A DNA stretch of 64,000 nucleotides from Clostridiales bacterium. Its GTDB lineage: Bacteria; Bacillota; Clostridia; Oscillospirales; Oscillospiraceae. Under the pieces are notes generated by a model. That model saw only the letters and a program-made list of their open reading frames with translations. It did no database searches and was not told where the DNA came from. The DNA lies in contig JAHZGF010000003.1 in the NCBI GenBank assembly GCA_019420945.1, positions 1,288 through 65,287 on the forward strand, written 5' to 3'. Positions 55,515 to 62,581 of this stretch are shown here, in pieces. Position 1 is the first letter of the stretch. Every line of letters starts with the position of its first letter. The position numbers and the translations under genes are program-made.

Positions 55515-57797
55515 TTACTGATTTCCCATCATCATATCGTAATGCTGCTTTTGCTCCATAGCGTCAAATATCATTTCAAAGATATTCCGACACTCCTCGG
55601 CATTCAGGCAGTCCTCAACAAAGTCCTTTCCATCGCTCATGCCGATTGAGCTTGCGTTGATATACGAAAGCATAGCTGCAGCAAGCTGAAACTTTTCTTC
55701 GTCATCGTTACCGTCGGCATCTTTAAATCGGCCTTCTGCTTTTCCCTGGACTAAAATTACCTGTCGTAACTGCGAGCCCTCGTAACCGCACAACTGAAGA
55801 AAGTAATACTCCAGAATGCGCCGAATCACATTCATCAAGGGAACAGCTGATTTTACTTCTTTGTACTCATCCCATAGCGCCGCATAGGAATTTTTGACAG
55901 GGTTAATATTTATCCGTTCCGTCGGAGCATTCGGATTGACATCGTCACACATCTTTATGGTGGATTTCGTTCCGATTTTACGGATTAAGTAAAATGACGC
56001 ATAATCATATTTTGACACATAGCTGTAAGAAACCTCACGGTGAAAGTAAGCGTTGTGGGTAAGGATAAAAATCTGCTTGATGAAATTGCCCTTGGCAGTT
56101 CTATTTCGGTTGTCCGCGTTATTTCGACATATTTCAACCATTTGCCGAACAAGGGTACTTACGATAAACAGAGAACCGCTATCCATGCTGGAAACAGGAT
56201 CGTCAATGACAATGATTTTCTCTCTGGTTTCTCCATCAGCTGAGTCACTGCCCTGCACAAGGTGATAAAAATACAGAAACGCTATAAAGTTCTTTTCGCC
56301 CTCACTTAAATTATCGGCTATGGAATTGTCGGAACGGCGAACCTCATAGACATTATCCACTCCGGGTTTCGGCTGAAGACTGAAGCCGCGCATACCGGAA
56401 TCCCGCAGCATTTGATTGATGCTGTCCTTCGCAGTGTCCGTTTCTACCGTTTTTGTGCGAAGGGTCTTTAGCTGTGCTTTAATTCTTTCGAGTGTTGCAT
56501 TCTGCGCTTCAATGTCTGTATCAAGGGCATCCAATTCAGTTTGCATAGCAGCATCCGCTTTTCTGTGAGCATCAATGACATCCTTCAGCATAAAAGCAAG
56601 CAGGCTGAACACCACATTTGTGCATTCCACTCTCTTGGTAGGTCTGGCTGCCACAACAGCGTTATTGGCATCGATCAGTGAATTAAAAGCGTTAATAATG
56701 ACAGCTACTTCGTCGAGGATTGGAGCAATATCCGTTAGTTCTACCACGGATGCAGGGTTCTCCACTTTAGCCTTTATTTTTTCTATATTATTCTGAATCA
56801 CCGCCTTAAGGACGGCAAGTTTATCCGAATACGGTTTGATGTCAATTTGCAGGTACAGTTCGGCGGGCGTAGCCTGCAGGGGTACAAACAAATCGTTTGC
56901 GGCCTTTTTGTACCGAGTCAAAAACTCGTCCAAAAGGCGAAGATTGTCTTGGTATCTGTTATCAAAACTGTCTATAAAGGTCTGTTCAAAATTTCCGCGA
57001 AGGACTTCTCCGCAATAAGGGCATCTTCCTTTTGCGTCATGGGAATACGCATCGTGACCCTGCCGCATCCATTCCGTTGCTCCAATATCGCGCAAAAATC
57101 CGGCGAGTTCTGTGTCTGCGCTGTTCACGATTGGATTGCAGAGAATATCTTTTCCTTCCACAGAGTCAACAGCATCGGGATCAGAAATGCCATTAAATCT
57201 TTGGTAGTGCTTTGCGGTCTCAGAATATGCCGACTCATACAGCCTGCGAAGTTTATCCATATCCGCATCTGCCGGTGCGTGTTTCATGATTTCACGAACA
57301 AACGGATCGGATTTACCTTTTTTATCCATCGTACCCGGAAACATTTCACGGATAGCCTTGCCGCGGTCCCAGCATTCCTTCAAAAAATCTTTGTACAACT
57401 TATCCTTTGCCGCCGCAGTCTTGTCGCGTTTATCGCTCGCCTCGGCCAGCATCTTCTTTACACGGGAGCGTTCTTCTGAAGCCTCATCAATTTGCTGCTG
57501 AATTTCAGCATTTTTTGCATTAAGGGTGAAAACACCCCTTAAATTGCGATAACTGCGAAAGTTCTCATCAATAAAATCCTGGTTATAAACGAGCGGAAGA
57601 TAATCTGCCGCTGTTCTTCCGGGAGCGTATGTTACGCCAGCTCCACTTTTTATTGCTTTTGCTATCGTAGACTTGCCGGCACCGTTATTGCCAAAGAAAA
57701 AGTTTACATAGGTAGGCTCGATATAGGCGTGGCTGTCCTTATAACTTGCGTCCGTCAAATCTATGCGGATAATTTCTGATTTGATTTTCTCGGCCAT
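55515..57797 (-). CDS. AAA_13-type ABC ATPase with a coiled-coil/zinc-hook insert (RloC/PrrC-like or ABC-3C-type)
   Basis: Walker A is FFGNNGAGKST. Long coiled-coil stretches are present. The CxxC hook is GRCPYCGE, the signature-like segment is LSEGEKNFIA and Walker B is IIVIDDPVSSMD. The C-terminal domain contains NVIRRILEYYF. Confidence 0.75.
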   Translation of the reverse strand: MAEKIKSEIIRIDLTDASYKDSHAYIEPTYVNFFFGNNGAGKSTIAKAIKSGAGVTYAPGRTAADYLPLVYNQDFIDENFRSYRNLRGVFTLNAKNAEIQQQIDEASEERSRVKKMLAEASDKRDKTAAAKDKLYKDFLKECWDRGKAIREMFPGTMDKKGKSDPFVREIMKHAPADADMDKLRRLYESAYSETAKHYQRFNGISDPDAVDSVEGKDILCNPIVNSADTELAGFLRDIGATEWMRQGHDAYSHDAKGRCPYCGEVLRGNFEQTFIDSFDNRYQDNLRLLDEFLTRYKKAANDLFVPLQATPAELYLQIDIKPYSDKLAVLKAVIQNNIEKIKAKVENPASVVELTDIAPILDEVAVIINAFNSLIDANNAVVAARPTKRVECTNVVFSLLAFMLKDVIDAHRKADAAMQTELDALDTDIEAQNATLERIKAQLKTLRTKTVETDTAKDSINQMLRDSGMRGFSLQPKPGVDNVYEVRRSDNSIADNLSEGEKNFIAFLYFYHLVQGSDSADGETREKIIVIDDPVSSMDSGSLFIVSTLVRQMVEICRNNADNRNRTAKGNFIKQIFILTHNAYFHREVSYSYVSKYDYASFYLIRKIGTKSTIKMCDDVNPNAPTERININPVKNSYAALWDEYKEVKSAVPLMNVIRRILEYYFLQLCGYEGSQLRQVILVQGKAEGRFKDADGNDDEEKFQLAAAMLSYINASSIGMSDGKDFVEDCLNAEECRNIFEMIFDAMEQKQHYDMMMGNQ

Positions 57798-57809
57798 AAA
57801 GACATCTCC

Positions 57810-58463
57810 TTACACAGGCATCGGCATTCCGGGGATTCCGGCTTCCTTAAACGCCTCGAATACATTTACTTTGTGAACAGACCATGCGCTTTGATTCAGA
57901 TCCGTAATGGCGCAGTCCATGTTTAATCCAAAAAAGACAGCATTTCGCTTGTCACACAGTTTTACCTGTTGTATCGGTGCAATTGGCTTAAATGCAATCT
58001 TGATATTTTTCCCTGCTACCATAATTTTCTGTATGTAGCAAAGCATACAATACTGGCTTGGTGACGTTACGCCTTTCAGCTCGGTATTCTCATGGCAGAT
58101 AATCGCTGGAAAACGCTTCAATTCCGCAATGCCCGCATCTGTAAGAGTAGAGCATCTCTCAAAAATCTCCGGCGGGACATTATACTTTGTCAAAGCACGG
58201 GATGCTATAACCGAAACGACACCATCCTTGAAAACATCATCATCGCAGGTGACTATAAGCTGATAATACTCCGTGCTAAAGGATTGAACGGCAATCATCA
58301 TTTCTGCCGAGGAATCTGCCGATTGAGGATAATTGATATTGTATGTGAAATTAACCGTAGCTCCCGGCTGATTGGCTACTGTCACATTGTTTGTGCCGGT
58401 CTGCTGTAAGGCAGGAACAGCCGACTGGTCAGCCATCTGCTTAATTATCAGATCCTTGCTCAT
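57810..58463 (-). CDS. Hypothetical protein (candidate middle/effector component)
   Basis: The 217-aa ORF is tightly packed between its neighbours: 11 nt after the upstream stop and 12 nt before the ATPase start. No family was recognised. Confidence 0.55.
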   Translation of the reverse strand: MSKDLIIKQMADQSAVPALQQTGTNNVTVANQPGATVNFTYNINYPQSADSSAEMMIAVQSFSTEYYQLIVTCDDDVFKDGVVSVIASRALTKYNVPPEIFERCSTLTDAGIAELKRFPAIICHENTELKGVTSPSQYCMLCYIQKIMVAGKNIKIAFKPIAPIQQVKLCDKRNAVFFGLNMDCAITDLNQSAWSVHKVNVFEAFKEAGIPGMPMPV

Positions 58464-58474
58464 GATACACCGCC

Positions 58475-59038
58475 CTAAAAGTTAAAATTTATCGTACCGT
58501 TATTTGTCAGGTTCAGATTCTTTTCTCCGTTTTGGATGACATTGATCTGCTGTTGAATAACGGTTGTATTTTTCTCTTCTTCAGTGGCACCTGATGTTTT
58601 TTCCCCATCCACGACCTCCACTTCTTCCGGCTCAGCATCGTCTTTTGATGATGCTGGGCTTTTTCTTTTTGTTTCAGCTGCGGTTTTCAAGATAGAGAGG
58701 AACAGATCGGCCAACTGTCTTCCTGCGTTAAAGCCGTCAATTGCGGGTAGGTATTTCCGAAAGCTGTCACAGAGACTTGAAACCGTCTCATCTGAAAATT
58801 CATGAATATATGACACAAAATTCTCTGTTTCGATGTATGGGCTGATTTTTTTGGCAATTCTGGAGATGCCTGTTTGCCCATTGAAATAAGAACGGTAGGT
58901 AGTCTCGGTTGGTTCATCTACTGCACTCTGACCATCTTCTGTTACAAGCACATCAAAGAGAGTCTTGGTAAATGCAGCCTGGCTGCTTGAACCGCCGATT
59001 ATCGGATGCAGAATTTGCACAAAGTCCTTGAATTCCAT
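58475..59038 (-). CDS. Hypothetical protein (helical N-domain with an acidic, N/Q-rich tail)
   Basis: The start was chosen at MEFKDFVQ, 9 nt after AAGGAG; the longest ORF starts with TTG at 59068. No family was recognised. Confidence 0.5.
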   Translation of the reverse strand: MEFKDFVQILHPIIGGSSSQAAFTKTLFDVLVTEDGQSAVDEPTETTYRSYFNGQTGISRIAKKISPYIETENFVSYIHEFSDETVSSLCDSFRKYLPAIDGFNAGRQLADLFLSILKTAAETKRKSPASSKDDAEPEEVEVVDGEKTSGATEEEKNTTVIQQQINVIQNGEKNLNLTNNGTINFNF

Positions 59039-59060
59039 ATTTTCCATCTCCTTGACGAAA

Positions 59061-59100
59061 CCTATCAAAGCCTATCAACGGCTATCTAATCCTATCAGCT
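59061..59100. repeat. Four phased 10-bp direct repeats (cctatcaaag / cctatcaacg / gctatctaat / cctatcagct)
   Basis: This was read directly from the sequence. The period is exactly 10 bp. The repeats lie 23-62 nt upstream of the chosen start of the first gene of the minus-strand operon. Confidence 0.8.
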
Positions 59101-59488
59101 CGATTTTCTATAATTAAGACAGAAGCTGACAGAAAACCTGTTGCTTCGACAGAGCAGCTTTCGCAATTGTGCTGTTAGAAACTATTATAGCACAGATTTT
59201 TGAATTTTTCTACCCCTTTCGCTAATTTTGCATCTGCGTTTGCAAATTGTAAATCGGCAATTGCAAATCTGCTCTTTCAATCCGCCAGATAACGCATCGG
59301 TCGATCACCGGTGGCTCAACGGTACCTGACGGTTACAAGTAAATATCATCAGCTGCCTATTGAGCGGGTTAGCTGCAGACCGGAACGGAGGATTCTCCGT
59401 CGGGACTGTAGTTGGATTTCTATACCCATTTTGCAGCTGACCATAAGAGTTTCCTTCGTTCCATGCAAATCGAACGGAGGAAATTTTT

Positions 59489-59989
59489 ATGTCAAACGAA
59501 GCAAAGAAATTCTTTATCCCTGTTGAAGGACAAGCCATTGAGGTCAGCGAGGAAGTCTACCGGGCGTATTACCGCCCAATCTGGAATACCCGCTACCATG
59601 CCCAGAAGAACGGCGAGTGCCGCTGCCCCAAGACTCAGATCTGGAAATGCGACGGTGTTTGCCCCGGCTGCCCGTTCTACGCCGCCGGGAAGAAAGTGTC
59701 TCTCGAAACGGCCATCGGCGGCGAGGACGACGATCTGACTCTCGGAGATACGCTGGCGGACGATGCGCCGACTGCGGATTCTATCCTTATGGACGAAGAA
59801 CTGCTCAAGGCGCTGTATGACGAGCTCGACCGTCTTGACCCGGAGGGCAAGCGCATCTGCGCGCTGATGATGCACCACTCGGAGCGGGAGGCCGCTGCAA
59901 TCATGGACATGGCGCGTTCCACCTTCAAGCGTCACTGGGCAAAAATCCGTGCGGAACTGCAGGACAGGCTCAAGGATTATTACATCTAA
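59489..59989 (+). CDS. Sigma-70-region-4-like DNA-binding protein of a phage-like element
   Basis: The C-terminal HTH-like segment is EGKRICALMMHHSEREAAAIMDMARSTFKRHWAKI. The central Cys cluster is CRCPK...CDGVCPGCPF. A GGAGG RBS is present. Confidence 0.5.
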   Translation: MSNEAKKFFIPVEGQAIEVSEEVYRAYYRPIWNTRYHAQKNGECRCPKTQIWKCDGVCPGCPFYAAGKKVSLETAIGGEDDDLTLGDTLADDAPTADSILMDEELLKALYDELDRLDPEGKRICALMMHHSEREAAAIMDMARSTFKRHWAKIRAELQDRLKDYYI

Positions 59990-59999
59990 CATTTCCCTT

Positions 60000-60047
60000 T
60001 ATCCCTTCGGCTGCAACTCTGCGGTCGAAGGGATAAATCTTTTTTTG
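60000..60047 (+). terminator. Rho-independent terminator
   Basis: The stem tatcccttcg...cgaagggata is followed by aatcttttttt. Confidence 0.75.
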
Positions 60048-60135
60048 GCAAAATGCGGACCGCTTCGACGGCTTCCCTCCAGTGGGTACTGAGGACAGTA
60101 AGACAACTCAGCACCTCGGAAAGGAGGAACCGCCA

Positions 60136-60345
60136 ATGAACGAGTCCAAATGCACCAAGCCCGTGAGCGATGAGGAACTGATCGGTGTGCTTACGGCAAT
60201 CAGCGTAGTGTCAAAGCGTCTGGCAAAAAAGCTGATTCAGCTGAACCAGACAAGTCAATCAGAGGAAGGAGGTAAACACGATGAGCAAAATGAGCGAAAT
60301 GGAAGCGACCATCCGAGAGTTACGGGATATTGCATCTTCTATTAA
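60136..60345 (+). CDS. Hypothetical small protein
   Basis: The ORF starts MNESK after AAGGAGGA. It overlaps the next well-supported gene by 65 nt, so its 3' end is doubtful. Confidence 0.3.
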   Translation: MNESKCTKPVSDEELIGVLTAISVVSKRLAKKLIQLNQTSQSEEGGKHDEQNERNGSDHPRVTGYCIFY

Positions 60346-60589
60346 CGACATCGCCAACTGGCTGACCGATGCGTTCGGTAACACCGACAGTGCGGAAGCT
60401 GCACCCACCCCGGAAAAGACATATTCGCTCGAAGAAGTCAGAGCAATTCTGGCAGAAAAGTCAAGAGATGGCTTCACCGCTCAGATTCGTGACCTTCTTC
60501 AGAAGTATGGAGCAACCAAGCTCTCCGAGGTGAACCCCGCCCGATACAGGGACCTTGTGGCGGATGTGGAGGTGCTGGGCAATGGGTAA
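60281..60589 (+). CDS. Hypothetical phage-type protein
   Basis: The 102-aa ORF follows AGGAAGGAGG. Its C-terminal half (YSLEEVRAILAEKSRDGFTAQIRDLLQKYGATKLSEV) looks like small conserved proteins of phage replication modules. Confidence 0.5.
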   Translation: MSKMSEMEATIRELRDIASSINDIANWLTDAFGNTDSAEAAPTPEKTYSLEEVRAILAEKSRDGFTAQIRDLLQKYGATKLSEVNPARYRDLVADVEVLGNG

Positions 60590-61706
60590 TCACGCTCTGC
60601 TTTCCGCATCCTCATCCCACAGGTGGCTCAACTGCCCGCCTTCGGCAAGGCTGTGCGAAAGCTACGATGATAAGGGCAGCGATTTCGCCGCCGAGGGTAC
60701 CGACGCCCATGCGCTCTGCGAGTATAAGCTGCGAAAAGCACTCGGTATGGCGGCGCAGAACCCGACCGAAAGCCTTACCTGGTACAGCGCCGAAATGGAG
60801 GACTGCGCTAACGGCTATGTTGCCTTTGTAATGGAACTGGTCGCAGAAGCCAAGAAGGTCTGCACTGACCCTGTCGTGCTGATCGAGCAGCGGCTTGACT
60901 ACTCCAAATATGTAAAAGAGGGCTTCGGCACCGGCGACTGCGTCATCATCGCAGACGGTACGCTGCACATTGTGGATTACAAACATGGGCGCGGAGTCCT
61001 GGTGGAAGCCGACGATAATCCGCAAATGAAGCTGTACGCCCTCGGCGCACTGGAGCTGTTCGACTGCATCTACGATATCGACACCGTCAGCATGACGATC
61101 TACCAGCCAAGGCGCTCCAATGTCAGCACCTTCACCATTCCAAAACAGGAGCTTTGCGAATGGGCGGACAAGGTTTTGACGCCGACTGCAGAGCTGGCCT
61201 TCAACGGCAGCGGTGAATATCACTGCGGTGAATGGTGCCAGTTCTGCAAGGCAAAAGCGGATTGCCGCGAGAGAGCCAAGGCCAATATGGAGCTTGCCCG
61301 ATATGAGTTTCGGCAGCCGCCTCTGCTCACGGATGAGGAGGTCGAGGAAATCCTCGGTCAAATCGACGGGCTGACCACCTGGGCGTCCGACATCAAGGAC
61401 TATGCGCTGCAGGCAGCTATCAGCGGAAAACAATGGCCCGGCTACAAGCTGGTCGAGGGTCGCTCCAACCGAAAGTACACAGACGAACACGCCGTCATCG
61501 CTGCCGTGACCGCCGCAGGGTACGACCCTTACGAGCACAAGGTTCTCGGCATTACCGCTATGACCGCGATGCTCGGGAAGAAGCAATTCAATGCAATCCT
61601 CGGTGACTTGATCACCAAGCCGCAAGGCAAACCCACGCTTGTGCCGGAAAGCGATAAAAGACCGGCAATGACAACCATTATCGATGATTTTAAGGAGGAC
61701 AACTGA
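60582..61706 (+). CDS. DUF2800-family PD-(D/E)XK (Cas4-like) nuclease
   Basis: The N-terminus is HALLSASSSHRWLNCPPSARL. Also present are GTGDCVIIADGTLHIVDYKHG and the C-terminal Cys cluster CGEWCQFCKAKADC. Confidence 0.8.
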   Translation: MGNHALLSASSSHRWLNCPPSARLCESYDDKGSDFAAEGTDAHALCEYKLRKALGMAAQNPTESLTWYSAEMEDCANGYVAFVMELVAEAKKVCTDPVVLIEQRLDYSKYVKEGFGTGDCVIIADGTLHIVDYKHGRGVLVEADDNPQMKLYALGALELFDCIYDIDTVSMTIYQPRRSNVSTFTIPKQELCEWADKVLTPTAELAFNGSGEYHCGEWCQFCKAKADCRERAKANMELARYEFRQPPLLTDEEVEEILGQIDGLTTWASDIKDYALQAAISGKQWPGYKLVEGRSNRKYTDEHAVIAAVTAAGYDPYEHKVLGITAMTAMLGKKQFNAILGDLITKPQGKPTLVPESDKRPAMTTIIDDFKEDN

Positions 61707-61707
61707 T

Positions 61708-62283
61708 ATGTCGAATTCTACTACTAAGCTCGTAAACCCCATGAAGGTCATTACCGGCAAAGATACCCGCTGGTCCTACGCCAATGTCTGGGAAGCGAAA
61801 TCCATCAACGGCGGTACGCCGAAGTTCAGCGTCAGCCTCATTATTCCGAAGTCTGACACCGTGACCGTACAGAAAATCAAGGCGGCTATCCAGGCAGCCT
61901 ATGAGGAGGGGCAGGCAAAGCTCAAGGGCAACGGTCGCTCCGTTCCGCCTTTGACTGCCATTAAAACGCCGCTCCGCGACGGAGATACCGAGCGCCCGGA
62001 TGATCCCACCTATGCCAACAGCTACTTTATCAACGCCAACTCCGCCACCGCTCCCGGCATCGTGGACGCCGACTGCAACCCGATCCTGACCCGCTCCGAG
62101 GTTTACTCCGGCGTGTACGGTCGCGCCAGCATCAACTTCTACGCCTTCAACAGCAATGGCAACAAAGGCATCGCCTGCGGACTGAACAACCTGCAGAAGA
62201 TCCGTGACGGTGAGCCTCTCGGCGGCAAGTCCAGCGCGGCATCCGATTTCGCCACCGATGTGGACGAAGATTTCCTGTCTTGA
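61708..62283 (+). CDS. DUF2815-family protein (phage ssDNA-binding-like)
   Basis: The segments VITGKDTRWSYANVWEAKSINGGTPKFSVSLIIPKSD and SGVYGRASINFYAFNSNGNKGIACGLNN fit the family. The start follows AAGGAGGA. Confidence 0.75.
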   Translation: MSNSTTKLVNPMKVITGKDTRWSYANVWEAKSINGGTPKFSVSLIIPKSDTVTVQKIKAAIQAAYEEGQAKLKGNGRSVPPLTAIKTPLRDGDTERPDDPTYANSYFINANSATAPGIVDADCNPILTRSEVYSGVYGRASINFYAFNSNGNKGIACGLNNLQKIRDGEPLGGKSSAASDFATDVDEDFLS

Positions 62284-62296
62284 GGAGGTGCGCAGC

Positions 62297-62515
62297 ATGA
62301 GTATTACCACGATTCTCTGCATTCTGCTGCTGTCCCTGTATCTGCTCCTGGCGGTGTTTTGGATCGTCAGATCCATCATTGACACCGTCGATGACCGTAA
62401 GCGCGACAAGCGTAATGCGGCATGGGAGGAAGAACGCCGACAGCTTGAAAAGGAACACGCCCTTCGTGAGGTGGAATATCACGAAGCCCGTATGAAAGAA
62501 CTCAACAAAGAGTAA
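62297..62515 (+). CDS. Small single-pass membrane protein
   Basis: The protein starts MSITTILCILLLSLYLLLAVFWIV and continues with a charged helix. A GAGGAGG RBS is present. Confidence 0.5.
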   Translation: MSITTILCILLLSLYLLLAVFWIVRSIIDTVDDRKRDKRNAAWEEERRQLEKEHALREVEYHEARMKELNKE

Positions 62516-62581
62516 TCTCCGGCCTGTGGGCGGTGGGAATGTTCCTGCCGCCCATTCGGGCTATGGAAAGGATTCCTGTTT

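Noticed and set aside
59061-59100. I considered whether the short tandem repeats here, or the 24-bp repeats at 6621-6692, could be a CRISPR array.
   Set aside because: The units are contiguous with no spacers. They are 10 bp and 24 bp long with only 3-4 copies. One set lies in-frame inside a CDS. No cas genes are nearby.
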